Positions 20,801 to 30,466 of a stretch of 64,000 bases of DNA are shown in pieces. How positions within the stretch are numbered: position 1 is the first letter of the stretch; the number at the start of each line of letters is the position of its first letter. The translations under genes and the position numbers were made by a program. The notes under the pieces are model-generated. The model saw nothing but the letters and a program-made list of their open reading frames with translations, searched no databases and had not been told where the DNA came from. Source of the stretch: a virus; IMG/VR virus record IMGVR_UViG_3300017963_000228, positions 24,663-88,662 of that record. One strand, given 5' to 3'.

Positions 20801-23335
20801 AATAATAGCATAAAGTTCCTGACGCATCTGTACACCAGCATTAGCCATACCCTCAGTCAATGCTTTAATTGCTGTACCAATTGTAGCAATATTTTGTATA
20901 TCTTTATCAGTTTTTGGAATAATTCCAGCTTGAGCAAAAGTCTTTGTCAACATCAACATATCTTCGACAGTAAGAATTGTTTTTGCTGCTTGCATTTCAA
21001 GCTTAACCATTAAATCTCTTGCATATTGATATGCTGTTTCATAAGTATCTGATATATTGCCAATCATCTGCATAGAAAAAGATGCTGCAAGAGACATAGC
21101 ATCCATTCTAAATTGTTGAATATTATTTAAAACAGCCAAAACAGTTCTTTGCACTGTCATAACTGCTCTTGAAATAAGATATATTACTGCTGCTACTTGC
21201 CAACGGAAATTACGAACAGATTCCCACGCATTTCTTACAAAACTTTTTGATGCTTTTTTATTTATTTGATTCATTTCATTTGTAGCACGTCTATACTCAT
21301 TACTTAAATTACGATAATGTCTCCTCATTTGTGAAATTTGATTTTCAAGAGCATCAGTTTGTTTTTGAATACCGGCTGTACCAAGTCCTGCTTTCTGAAT
21401 TTGATTAAGTTTAGCCAATTGTTTCTGTGCATGTTCTAAACGATTACCATATATACGTGTTGCTTTTTCTAACGCCTTGGTTTTACTTTCTACTTCTTCA
21501 ATATGTTTTGTATTAATAAAACGTTTTTGACTTAATTTATTTGTTAAAACCTGTAAATCTCTAAAATCTTGTTTAATACGATTAAATTCTTCTCTTGGAA
21601 ATGTATTGTTCGCAAAAGTTCTTCTGATAACATTTTGAGTGCGTTTAGCAACATTTTCAATTTCTACGAATTGTTTTTGTATATCACTTCGATTTACAAC
21701 CTGTTTATTTATAACTCCTTTAACTTGACTAAGCTTACCACGTAAAGAACGAATATATTTTTCATAAAGCGCAATTCGCTTTTTATTTGTTTCATTATCC
21801 TGTGCTAAAGTCGCATCATTAAGAATTTTCCGTGCCGCTTTAACTTGTTTATCAAGTTCTTTTCTTTTTCTACTATATTGTTCATAAATTTTTTCTGATT
21901 GTTGAACACGTTTATTTATCTCAAGAAAATTTTTGCTGTTAATGTCACCATAACTTTTAGTAACTTTAGATAATTTCTCATACTGTTTTCTCAATTTTCC
22001 TAAATCAATTGTACCATCAAATGTGGGCTTTTTGAGCATAATTGATTGAATATTTTTCTGCTCTTGTTTATATCTCGCCCAAAATTTCTCATACTGTGCA
22101 AGAATAGATTTTACTTTAGAAATTTCTCCACTGGCATCAACCAAACCAGTAGCCTGTAATGCTTCCGCTTGCTGTTTATATTCTTTTAATTTAGCAATTT
22201 TTGTATTAAGAGATTTTTCTATAAATCCAGATTTTTGAATGGAACTTTGCATTCCTTTTTGCAGACTTAAACCAGCGGCACGTCCATACTCCGTTAATTG
22301 TGTATCTAAATTTTTTAATTCATTGGTAATACTTCTGGAACTAATACCTTTAGCTAAAGAAGTTTTCAATTCTCTCGCAAGTGTATTTGTTTTGGCTTTT
22401 ACTTTATCTACCTGATTACCATATTCCTTAACAGCATCTTGAATATTTGCATAACCCTTACGTACTTCACGCAAAGCCATTACAGAATCTTTTAACTGTG
22501 ATCTGGCTTGCTTTTTTAACTTTTCATCGGTTTGATCAATAAGAGCTTGTTTGCTCTTTTCCATATTCAATTCAGATTCAGCAACACGTTTTCGTTGTGC
22601 AGATAAAGCAGTATCCAAGGATGCCTTTTGCTTCTCCATCCCGGCACCCATCTTCTTATACTGAGTAACACCCTGAATCCTATCAACTTCTTTTAACTTA
22701 TTTTCTAATTTATTTAATTCAGCAATAGTATCTTTCGTGGTTGCTTTAACCGCATCTACTGCTGTTACAGTCTGTTTCGCTAATGCTCTATTTGCAGCAA
22801 CAGAAACAGATGCCCACATTTTATTAAATTCACTGACAATGCGTTTCTGTTCTGCTTTTCTTTTTTCCTGCAAAGCATCATATTGTGCTTGAGCTTTATC
22901 AAGCTTTACTTCTGCGGATTTACGAGAAGGATGTGTTGGATCATCTTCATATTTTGCAGCAATTCCAGCTTGTTTTTTAATGTGATCTTTTAACTTTGCT
23001 GCTTCAGCAATAAATTGACGTTGACGTGCAGTAAGTTTATCAAAGCGATCAATATAAGTATCGATTACTTTGATACCCTGATTGCCAACCTGTTTCATTG
23101 CTCCTCTTGCTTGTCCAAGAGAAGATTTAATATTACGTTGAGTCTGATCAAACATTGAATCAACGCTTGAAGATACTTGCTTGGCAAGGCTATCAAATGA
23201 ACCACCAAGACCACGTACAGTCTGACCCGTTGATTTAACAAAACGGGTATATGAAGCCGCAGCATCTTTCAGAACAGATTCAAAGTTGGTTTCAAGATTT
23301 AATATTATTTTCTCAATATTTTCATTATCAGCCAT
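17840..23335 (-). CDS. Tape measure protein
   Basis: 1831 aa, helical/coiled-coil, amphipathic central part, Gly-rich FDTGG...G..YEFAKNGKSEMVTP C-terminus; downstream of chaperones. Confidence 0.92.
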   Translation of the reverse strand: MADNENIEKIILNLETNFESVLKDAAASYTRFVKSTGQTVRGLGGSFDSLAKQVSSSVDSMFDQTQRNIKSSLGQARGAMKQVGNQGIKVIDTYIDRFDKLTARQRQFIAEAAKLKDHIKKQAGIAAKYEDDPTHPSRKSAEVKLDKAQAQYDALQEKRKAEQKRIVSEFNKMWASVSVAANRALAKQTVTAVDAVKATTKDTIAELNKLENKLKEVDRIQGVTQYKKMGAGMEKQKASLDTALSAQRKRVAESELNMEKSKQALIDQTDEKLKKQARSQLKDSVMALREVRKGYANIQDAVKEYGNQVDKVKAKTNTLARELKTSLAKGISSRSITNELKNLDTQLTEYGRAAGLSLQKGMQSSIQKSGFIEKSLNTKIAKLKEYKQQAEALQATGLVDASGEISKVKSILAQYEKFWARYKQEQKNIQSIMLKKPTFDGTIDLGKLRKQYEKLSKVTKSYGDINSKNFLEINKRVQQSEKIYEQYSRKRKELDKQVKAARKILNDATLAQDNETNKKRIALYEKYIRSLRGKLSQVKGVINKQVVNRSDIQKQFVEIENVAKRTQNVIRRTFANNTFPREEFNRIKQDFRDLQVLTNKLSQKRFINTKHIEEVESKTKALEKATRIYGNRLEHAQKQLAKLNQIQKAGLGTAGIQKQTDALENQISQMRRHYRNLSNEYRRATNEMNQINKKASKSFVRNAWESVRNFRWQVAAVIYLISRAVMTVQRTVLAVLNNIQQFRMDAMSLAASFSMQMIGNISDTYETAYQYARDLMVKLEMQAAKTILTVEDMLMLTKTFAQAGIIPKTDKDIQNIATIGTAIKALTEGMANAGVQMRQELYAIIAGRQRATDQLAMMFKFIGIDIQQVIKDAREEGVNMIDALADALRPFDEMNRRMEKEFGAVINRLKAIWGLIQRIGAEYTLVEISEKLFNLAESIATVTDKGLQLTERGKEIATGLGMAMETVQQVTMTIWGLIKTIVSELSVISSIFTTLFGGLSDNANKFQGEMKLVGVVFEGIMRVLGIIRSWMTVIQALTEGWSTGVRFILSMFKAMGDILYGIATWQMPVIKSGVDQFYAAIKNSDSLTGDFKSKLAEIPQIWKDINKSIENAYKALDKTAKKQTELGKLKTIPHPFSNMAEEMGKLGTKFKELRKAAASDKEKIQVQYEIDVEGLDETKRKLKENIAFLQSAYEAGIGLGAGEQKVLATQIQGFKEYLAQIEYVEKAAAEKRHKALEDLNEKETKAYAQAKRQFNVLMTELYDRPETREDKTNKWKTLMEERIIEMTHTNEIARENADSLMKALDLGFMKRQLQDAREYKEELIELFNTINSHKVMNPYEEINAEMDKLSQKIRANEELSEDDKLLALQGVMNAKKERIELEKINQTREASLKILDAQNAQASRLVNSYSPIKQLEGEVLQLHVEQQKALINYQSQMEEIDAKWKDDAGNWKEGAENAQRYSAALQAEFIQIQKTFEEELWKKQHPLWNDMIEMSKNWADGLSDSLTDLVLDFENFGESMKSLWESIVRDMVKASIKRLVVDNLMDKLGSGAGTATMNAPPTNIEQVGSAAVALGKIGEKGREKSIIENKSGLGNTFSNPVPVIIVGYTENTRAMMAAQQTKVTEAVKESTAVIEENVGETNSRLKNGFSEVFGWIGKVVTTLASGVVQGGKDLFGGIFDFVGGLFGGGSGSGGGGGGGSDIMGYVKTALGFVTSYFGGGSGLGGGFSLFDTGGMITEPVVGKGMKTGKTYEFAKNGKSEMVTPVSEWFERAKDMGGSSQQVIFQMPLNLNAIDTRTGVEFIMQNQSVIEASIAKSFRNNKNIRSMVRRGM

Positions 23336-23338
23336 TTT

Positions 23339-23614
23339 TTATACCCTCAACGCATTAAGTTTAGATTGCCAATCAGGGTCTTTTTGTTTCCAATCAATAG
23401 ATGGTTTCCCACCTTTTACATTTTTACTCAAATACTGATCTAATTCTTTATTCAATTGATTAAGGAGAGGTTTCGGATCATTAAATCCTCTATTAAAATC
23501 GTAGATTCTGGAAATGCGTGATGCCGTAGATTCAATCTCACATGCTCTTTTTAATATAAGATATTTTTTTACTGGCATGTTAATCAATTCATTGAAAGTA
23601 ACGGCACCACGCAT
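23339..23614 (-). CDS. Tail assembly chaperone frameshift extension (G-T type)
   Basis: Frame is open from the slippery run at 23656-23663 into MRGAVTF; lies between chaperone and tape measure. Confidence 0.75.
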   Translation of the reverse strand: MRGAVTFNELINMPVKKYLILKRACEIESTASRISRIYDFNRGFNDPKPLLNQLNKELDQYLSKNVKGGKPSIDWKQKDPDWQSKLNALRV

Positions 23615-23649
23615 ATAGTGACAGATTCTAACGTACTCCCGAACCTCTC

Positions 23650-24072
23650 CTAAGATTTTTTTTCAGATTCAGTACCCGCAACATCTCCAATAGTGATCGA
23701 CATTTGTTCATTAATCAATTGCATAATTTTAGCACGAAGTTTTACCGGCCAAGATGCAAGATCACTATCAGAGAGTGATTCATCAATGCTTCCATCTACT
23801 CCTTTTTTCATAACCGCAGCAAGAAGATATTCATCTTGCATATCAAAAAAATCATTGGTTTTATCCAAATCATCTTTAGATATTTCACCTTCTTCTTCCG
23901 GTAATTTAGGTTCAGCATCAGTAAAAGCCACAAATTTGCGGCTAATTGACATTAGTTTGTCCAATTGTTTTTTAGTGAATGCAGGAATATAATAGATATT
24001 TTCTTTAAATTTAAACTCCAGCACATCATCCAGATCAGAAAAGTCCAAAATCTCATTAACATTTTTACTCAT
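23650..24072 (-). CDS. Tail assembly chaperone (gpG-like)
   Basis: Acidic 140 aa ending ...SEKKS*, upstream of tape measure. Confidence 0.75.
   Translation of the reverse strand: MSKNVNEILDFSDLDDVLEFKFKENIYYIPAFTKKQLDKLMSISRKFVAFTDAEPKLPEEEGEISKDDLDKTNDFFDMQDEYLLAAVMKKGVDGSIDESLSDSDLASWPVKLRAKIMQLINEQMSITIGDVAGTESEKKS
23656..23663 (-). other. Programmed -1 ribosomal frameshift slippery site (A AAA AAA)
   Basis: GAA AAA AAA TCT TAG; -1 frame reads AAA ATC TTA GGA GAG...TAT ATG CGT GGT without stop. Confidence 0.8.
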
Positions 24073-24102
24073 TTTCCATCTCCTTTAACAATAAGTTAGT
24101 TT

Positions 24103-24453
24103 TTAATCATGAATAACAGATTTTTTCAGTATAAAATCGATGACAGTAGATTTATCAATATCATCGGTTGTAAAGGTGGATTTTAATTCACTGACGTAAG
24201 AACCGGGTTCAAGAGCAACCGTATCAGAAGCAGTGATTGTCAAGTGAACATACCCCGTAGAAAGATCAGCTTTATCAAATGCAGCATCTAATTTTTCAAG
24301 AATATAGGATGAATCTTCCCTTTCTACTTTAACAGCCCATTTAAACGTAGGAGCAGGGTTTAATGAAGACATATCATATGCCACTCCATTACGTTTAATT
24401 AAAAATGAATACGTTTTCGATTCACCTTTTTTAATTGTAATCTCAGATGCCAT
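24103..24453 (-). CDS. BppU-like Ig-fold structural protein
   Basis: ITIKKGESKT...GYVHLTITASDT..LEPGSYVSE motif. Confidence 0.6.
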   Translation of the reverse strand: MASEITIKKGESKTYSFLIKRNGVAYDMSSLNPAPTFKWAVKVEREDSSYILEKLDAAFDKADLSTGYVHLTITASDTVALEPGSYVSELKSTFTTDDIDKSTVIDFILKKSVIHD

Positions 24454-24454
24454 T

Positions 24455-24736
24455 TTATACCTCTACTGTTATTTCGTTAGACTCAAGAGTTATTTCAATC
24501 TGATCTTCCGTTGATTCTTCATCTTCCATTAATTCAATTTCGATTGTTTCTGGTTCAATTAAAATAATATCAATAACTGCTTCTACTTCCTGTGTTTCAA
24601 TCGTTACCGTTTCGGTGTCTACTTCCACATCAAAGATTCCTTCCACGTATTCCGTAACAGTTTCACCGGGACCAGTACCCGTACCTGTTCCAGTGAAATC
24701 TGGCAACATTCCTTTCGTTGCTAATGCTAAACTCAT
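24455..24736 (-). CDS. Small very acidic structural protein
   Basis: MSLALATKG start overlapping previous stop; E/I/V-rich. Confidence 0.5.
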   Translation of the reverse strand: MSLALATKGMLPDFTGTGTGTGPGETVTEYVEGIFDVEVDTETVTIETQEVEAVIDIILIEPETIEIELMEDEESTEDQIEITLESNEITVEV

Positions 24737-26127
24737 ACCTTCACCACCTGATAAGATGTGCATTGACCATTAGACCAAGTAGCCGTAACTTGATACGTGG
24801 CCAATACAGACATTAACGTTTCATCCGTATATGTTCTTATTCTTGCACTGGTTAATAGTTTAGCACCATTATAATCCTGATACGTTTGATTATCCAAACG
24901 ATAGTTTTCCTGCATCAATCCAAGAAGTCTTGGAAAGGTTTGAAGCATATTATTGTAATCACCACCAATAGTACCGGGAGTTGTATGTGCATCAGTTGGA
25001 GTATCCCAAACCATTTTTGTGATTACTGATGGATTAATAAGATAATCGGTATTCACAACAGCCGTTCCACCACTATTATCAATTACCTGACCCACTCCCC
25101 GAACTGTTATCTCCCCTGCTATCACCGTATTGTCCAGAACTACCATTCCCGAATTCAGATCGATGCTTATCTGATTGTTTCCCGTTAAATTTTTTATTCC
25201 TATGGCCCCGTTGTAGTTTCTCATAATCAAGTCTTGACCCGTACCACCCATATCGATGTAGGGGATGGTGTCCTGACTTGCTGATCCACTCCAACAATCT
25301 ATGAATTGGGCCACGTTGGACCCTCCTAAAACTATATCTCCTGCGTCCAAAAGGCATTGTTCAACAATCCCGTAGATATATGATAAATTATTTAAAATAC
25401 ATCCTTTGACTTTACAATTACCATCCAAAACACCCTTTACCGTAGCATCATAAAATTCAGAACCAATTACAGAAGCAGATGTATCAATATCAAATGTTGT
25501 TTTGGATTGTGATTCACCAACGAAAATAAAACCATCAAAATCGTTCAGCCCATCAATATCAGCATCTCCAATTACATAAAACGTAGTAAACCCACGTTCT
25601 AAAGCAATTGTAAGTGCATCTGGAAAATTATTAACCGGCTGTTGTGGTGTTCCTATAGGATAAACAGTTCCAGAATAAGAGGAAGTTCTATCAACAGTTA
25701 CCCCACCACCAAAAGAAGCATACTCAATTTCAGTTAATTGTTGAACAGTCGAATCAACAAGAGAAGATACTTGCTGCATAATACGAACTGTATATGTGCC
25801 TATAGGATCAAGGAAAGGATCAGAACCATCAGCAGCATAAAGGTTGCCATTGATGGTCATGCGATGACTTGCATTATACGGTCTGATTTTCCAATCAGAT
25901 GATAAAAAGAAAGTAGTTCCTAATGCTTTCTCTCCCGGCAATGGATTACCACCAACAGCCGAAATGGGAAAAACAAACTTTCTTAAATTTTCGTTATTAA
26001 CCCAATCTTCTTTTCCATCACTATATAAATCCGTTTTAACATCAATGAAAATTTCCCCATCAACATCGGGAGCAATGGTGATATTAATTATTTTATTTAT
26101 TTCATCGAAGCTGACCTTTTCTCCCAT
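24733..26127 (-). CDS. Putative virion structural protein with beta-helix-like region
   Basis: 464 aa; N-terminal LYSDGKEDW...KFVFPI domain shared with 26488..28377. Confidence 0.55.
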   Translation of the reverse strand: MGEKVSFDEINKIINITIAPDVDGEIFIDVKTDLYSDGKEDWVNNENLRKFVFPISAVGGNPLPGEKALGTTFFLSSDWKIRPYNASHRMTINGNLYAADGSDPFLDPIGTYTVRIMQQVSSLVDSTVQQLTEIEYASFGGGVTVDRTSSYSGTVYPIGTPQQPVNNFPDALTIALERGFTTFYVIGDADIDGLNDFDGFIFVGESQSKTTFDIDTSASVIGSEFYDATVKGVLDGNCKVKGCILNNLSYIYGIVEQCLLDAGDIVLGGSNVAQFIDCWSGSASQDTIPYIDMGGTGQDLIMRNYNGAIGIKNLTGNNQISIDLNSGMVVLDNTVIAGEITVRGVGQVIDNSGGTAVVNTDYLINPSVITKMVWDTPTDAHTTPGTIGGDYNNMLQTFPRLLGLMQENYRLDNQTYQDYNGAKLLTSARIRTYTDETLMSVLATYQVTATWSNGQCTSYQVVKV

Positions 26128-26405
26128 TCTTCGGCCTCCACAATTCCATCGGGAGTAATTACAGGAACAACTTTCTCAAGTTCATCATGCCATTGTTCCT
26201 CTAATGATTTATCTAAAGGGATTACTCTCCATGGATCATCTGGATGTACATCCCATGTAACGTGATAATTAATCCATCCTTTAAAATGTTTTTGAATTTC
26301 AAATGATCTTTTAAAACCATTAGGTAAATCTAAATTATGATCACGGTCCAGTTCAATTTCAGATTTAATAAGAGCAAGAAGTCTTTTTACGTTTAGATCG
26401 CTCAT
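26097..26405 (-). CDS. Hypothetical protein
   Basis: 102-aa ORF with AGGAG RBS. Confidence 0.55.
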   Translation of the reverse strand: MSDLNVKRLLALIKSEIELDRDHNLDLPNGFKRSFEIQKHFKGWINYHVTWDVHPDDPWRVIPLDKSLEEQWHDELEKVVPVITPDGIVEAEEWEKRSASMK

Positions 26406-26435
26406 TTCTCTCCTAAAACAAATATTAATAGAAAT

Positions 26436-26466
26436 ATGCCCAACCCATGAAAAAGCGGTTGGGCAT
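26436..26466 (-). terminator. Stem-loop after 629-aa gene (terminator or stabiliser)
   Basis: atgcccaacc / ggttgggcat 10-bp inverted repeat; weak U-tract. Confidence 0.5.
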
Positions 26467-26487
26467 TAATTAAACATCAGTTTTTAA

Positions 26488-28377
26488 TTAAGTCGGATTT
26501 TCGTAGTTAAGTTCATCAACCGCATTAATCGGAATTGTTTGACCAGTAGCTTTGGTAATTGTATAAGATGCCAAAACATACTGAGCGCCATCATAAGCAA
26601 CGGCTACCACATATACCGGAGCATCCGAATCGGGTGTCCGTCCAGCTTGATTGTTATTGGTATAATCAAAGTCAAAACCAATATTGGCTGATGTAATCTG
26701 ACCATCGATATTTACACCAGCATTATTGTCTACAATTTCAGCAGCAGGAGATTCAAACGGATTTTCAAGTGCAGTACAAGCTTCAGCCGATGCATTCGCT
26801 GGTGCCACACCATCAGCTTTAGTTGCTGTAACTGTATTTGATGAAGGCGCACCAGTAATTTCCCACAAACCATTATTTCCAGTTTCCGTTACAAAACCAC
26901 TAATTTTTACATAATCACCATTTTGCAAATGATCCAATTTACCCGTATCACCGGACCAATCCAGTGTTGCATTATCTCCAGAAGCACTCGTAATAGCAAG
27001 TGAAACAGAAGTACTGGTGATATACTGAAAATACATTGTGTATCGTGTTTCACCATCCGGTTCATCCACAAAATTCTGTGAGAAAACCAAACTCCCAGCA
27101 GCAGTATACGGAAACACACGATTAGTTGTATCAAGTGGTGCATCTTCTGAATCAAGACCACCACCATCAACTGTAATATCCCAAAAGACCATATCATTTT
27201 TATCATTAAGATCAAAATTATCGATATAGACTCCCGGTTGCGTATGGAGAGTGGAACCAACAAAATACGTAAATGGCAATGCTACATTGCCATAAACAGT
27301 TCCATAACCATCACCATTCACATCATCATTAATATCTCCGGTTTGTCGAAGTTGGTATTGCGCCCAAGAATGTATTTCCTGCAATCTTGCTTTAAAACTA
27401 TTGGTAGTATCCTGCACATCCAAAATACGATTAAATGCATAATACGAAGTACCAATCTGACGTTCACCGGGAAAGGATTCAAATACAGCCGTTCCTGCAC
27501 CACCCATTGCCCCAAGATCATTGGCATCTGTAGCATCAATCGTTCCCTGAGTTGTACAACGATACCATCTACCAGCACCATCCTGAAGAACTTCACCTAC
27601 ATTAATGGTTCCAATATTATTTGCTGCTAAACCAAACAAACTACCCGTAATGTAATCAATAGTTAATTCAGAATATTTAACACCTGAAACTGAACCAGCA
27701 TCCGTAGTACCAATTACAGTATCATCATCAATTACGTTAAGATCGATGGAGTTAGCAAGCGGAAGACGATAAGCCTGATAGGTAAGAGCAGCAAGACCCT
27801 GCTCCACCAACAGGTTATAAGAAGCAAATGCTTTTCCTGCTTCACGAAGAAAAACCTTCAAATAACCGGAATAATCGGGAGTACCACCAGTACCTATAAT
27901 GGCGATATTTTCATTTAATTCTCCGGTCTTGTCAAAAACAGTTGTGGTTTGATCAAAACCAGTAATCTGAGCATAATACGCCAAATCGTTAGCAGAATCA
28001 TTCATGGAACCAAGGGAGATAATACAAGCATTTTCACGACCATCAACTTCCTGAAAACCAGCATCACGAATAAGATCTCTTGTTTGATCATCTTTTGGAC
28101 CCCATCCATTAATCCACACAAATGATGCTTCATAAATCATTTGAATGGGAAAACGATGCTTATTTAATGCATTATCATCTTTCCAAATCTCTTTCAATTT
28201 GGAATAAAGACATTTCCCCGAAATACCGGAAGTCGCACCGGGAGCAGCATCCGATAACGTACCTTGAGGAAGCAACTGTATTGTCTTTGCACCAGTTTGG
28301 ATCTCCATTTCATCAGATCCACCGGCAGTAGTATCGACAACATAACTAATGTCATCAGGATCTACAATTTTAGCCAT
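26488..28377 (-). CDS. Putative abundant virion structural protein
   Basis: 629 aa, acidic G/D/T-rich; MAKIVDPDD start; LYSKLKEIW...FPI domain; ends NYENPT. Confidence 0.6.
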   Translation of the reverse strand: MAKIVDPDDISYVVDTTAGGSDEMEIQTGAKTIQLLPQGTLSDAAPGATSGISGKCLYSKLKEIWKDDNALNKHRFPIQMIYEASFVWINGWGPKDDQTRDLIRDAGFQEVDGRENACIISLGSMNDSANDLAYYAQITGFDQTTTVFDKTGELNENIAIIGTGGTPDYSGYLKVFLREAGKAFASYNLLVEQGLAALTYQAYRLPLANSIDLNVIDDDTVIGTTDAGSVSGVKYSELTIDYITGSLFGLAANNIGTINVGEVLQDGAGRWYRCTTQGTIDATDANDLGAMGGAGTAVFESFPGERQIGTSYYAFNRILDVQDTTNSFKARLQEIHSWAQYQLRQTGDINDDVNGDGYGTVYGNVALPFTYFVGSTLHTQPGVYIDNFDLNDKNDMVFWDITVDGGGLDSEDAPLDTTNRVFPYTAAGSLVFSQNFVDEPDGETRYTMYFQYITSTSVSLAITSASGDNATLDWSGDTGKLDHLQNGDYVKISGFVTETGNNGLWEITGAPSSNTVTATKADGVAPANASAEACTALENPFESPAAEIVDNNAGVNIDGQITSANIGFDFDYTNNNQAGRTPDSDAPVYVVAVAYDGAQYVLASYTITKATGQTIPINAVDELNYENPT

Positions 28378-28394
28378 TTTCTTACTCCTTTAAA

Positions 28395-30014
28395 TTAAGT
28401 TGGATTGTAATAATTTTCATCTTCAAACATTGTTGCCTTAATAGATGAATTACTACTTGGTAATGTAATTCCATATTGATTAGAAATATCCGGTTTATAT
28501 GATGGATGATGAATTAGAATATCAACCGATGCTCCCCCTGAATGTGAATACGTTACTTGATACTTACCATCACCATCTGAAGTTGTTGCATTTTCAACGT
28601 TGAACAAAACCGTTGTTGTTCCCGCCGTGACAATGGTTACTTCAGTGTTTAATTCTAAACCTGTAATGGTAAATGAATAATTTGCAACGAGAGTAGTGCT
28701 TGCACCAGTACCATTGCGAACAGAAATATTTGCTACACCACTCCCACCATCTATATTTATAGTGACAGCACCACCAGAATCGTTATAAATAACCTCATTA
28801 CCTGTATTACCATCTGATGTTGCATAACCACTTACTAAAAGATTAGTTAATGTATAAGAATTTCCAGCACAAGCCGCTGTCAAACGAATTGCATGATTAC
28901 TTCCATCAGATTCAAAATAACAATTTGTTACAACATCTGGATCATCAACTAAAAGGGATACAGCATCAGACATTTCAACAAAACTGCATCCATCAAAACT
29001 TCCTCCTCCCTGTGTGACCTGACCACATCTACGAAAAATATTATCATTAATAGACGCATTTGAATCAAAAACAAAAGTTGCCATATCTGTAAACTGACAA
29101 CTATTGAAAGTAAGAGTGGCATTAGCATTCATTATAAAAGCACCGGGAGATACCGTTCCAAGTGCTTTAAAAATAACATTATTCCAAGTCACAACTGAAC
29201 TTGCATTATTTATTTCAATTAAATTAAAACCAGATGTACAATTCTCTACAGCATCAATCAGAACAAAAGCATTGGAATCTACAAATTCACAAGCATTAGT
29301 AGTAGTACCAATCTGCATTCGACCTTTCCAGAGATAACCACCACCATAAACTGAAAACAAACCCCATTTATTATATCCATTTGTTGCATCATTAGCGTCA
29401 TTTTTTATAGCAGCATCAGAAAAATTTGCATAACCATCGGCTAAACTGCCATATTCAAAAATGATTGAACATCTTCCATATCGAATAGCATCAATTTTAA
29501 ACGGTTGTCCTTTTGTCGGACCAGCAGCCGTTAAACTAATTGCCATTCCAGCATATCTAAATGTTGTTCCCGGTCCACCACCAGCTTGATAATCATATGT
29601 TCTCGCTGTTGGATTAATTGCGTAATTATACCATCCACCATAGGGATTTGGAATTCTATCATAACCACCAGCTTTCCATGCATTCCATGCAGAAGCAGAT
29701 GATCCTATAACAATTCGCACACCACCATTAACCGTGGTTGCCAACAAACCACCAGCATCAAACTTATTCCAAATAAGAATAGCACCATCAGTTGGAATTG
29801 TGACACCACTACCGTAATCTGCATATATTGATTGAAGCTCACCAACTTTCAAAGAGCATTGTGCGCTTGTTAAATATGTTCCTTGAATGGGATCATCTAT
29901 ATCAGTACTATCTGGTGATCCACCATCGGCCATTCCTGTAAATTCACCGAAAGTGCCACTATTTTCACACAAATTAAAAGTACTGAGATCAGTCGTATAA
30001 GATGGAACCGTCAT
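28395..30014 (-). CDS. Putative virion protein with pectin-lyase-like beta-helix
   Basis: 539 aa; TFNSCQFTD / FDGCSFVE / VTNCYFES repeats; ends NYYNPT. Confidence 0.6.
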   Translation of the reverse strand: MTVPSYTTDLSTFNLCENSGTFGEFTGMADGGSPDSTDIDDPIQGTYLTSAQCSLKVGELQSIYADYGSGVTIPTDGAILIWNKFDAGGLLATTVNGGVRIVIGSSASAWNAWKAGGYDRIPNPYGGWYNYAINPTARTYDYQAGGGPGTTFRYAGMAISLTAAGPTKGQPFKIDAIRYGRCSIIFEYGSLADGYANFSDAAIKNDANDATNGYNKWGLFSVYGGGYLWKGRMQIGTTTNACEFVDSNAFVLIDAVENCTSGFNLIEINNASSVVTWNNVIFKALGTVSPGAFIMNANATLTFNSCQFTDMATFVFDSNASINDNIFRRCGQVTQGGGSFDGCSFVEMSDAVSLLVDDPDVVTNCYFESDGSNHAIRLTAACAGNSYTLTNLLVSGYATSDGNTGNEVIYNDSGGAVTINIDGGSGVANISVRNGTGASTTLVANYSFTITGLELNTEVTIVTAGTTTVLFNVENATTSDGDGKYQVTYSHSGGASVDILIHHPSYKPDISNQYGITLPSSNSSIKATMFEDENYYNPT

Positions 30015-30466
30015 CTATACCACTCCTTTTTTAAATCAATTACTTTTTTTATTTCAACCATAACATCTTGTTTATCCCATCCTTCAGGTAAAAACATTTC
30101 AGAATTATTTTTTGTTTTTAAAATTAATGGCCTACCCTTTTTTCTTAATTTTTCAATTACTTCTAATATTTCTTTTTCTTTCCAAGCATCCGGTCTTGCT
30201 GGATCAACAGATATAAGAATGGTAAAAACTCCCGGCAATGCTTCAAATATAACTTTACATTTATCCGGTCTATATTTATCGGGCCAACTTTCTGCTCTCC
30301 AAAAACAATGATAGCCCTTACAAAAAGGTGGGCGACTATCATGAATAGTACATCCACCTTCTTTTCTTCCCGGTTCACAATAAGGACACCATTCACCAGC
30401 TTCAGCAAGACCGGGAACTGCTATTAACTTACAACAAAGGGAACATTCACCACAATCTTTCATCAC
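30011..30466 (-). CDS. YkgJ/CxxCxxCC cysteine-cluster (Zn/Fe-S) protein
   Basis: CGECSLCCK...CPYC...GCTIHDSRPPFCKGYHC. Confidence 0.8.
   Translation of the reverse strand: MMKDCGECSLCCKLIAVPGLAEAGEWCPYCEPGRKEGGCTIHDSRPPFCKGYHCFWRAESWPDKYRPDKCKVIFEALPGVFTILISVDPARPDAWKEKEILEVIEKLRKKGRPLILKTKNNSEMFLPEGWDKQDVMVEIKKVIDLKKEWYR

Noticed and set aside
17918-21013. Plus-strand ORFs antisense to the tape measure (and similar shadow ORFs over capsid, tail and portal genes)
   Set aside because: No RBS, implausible composition, fully overlapped by well-supported genes
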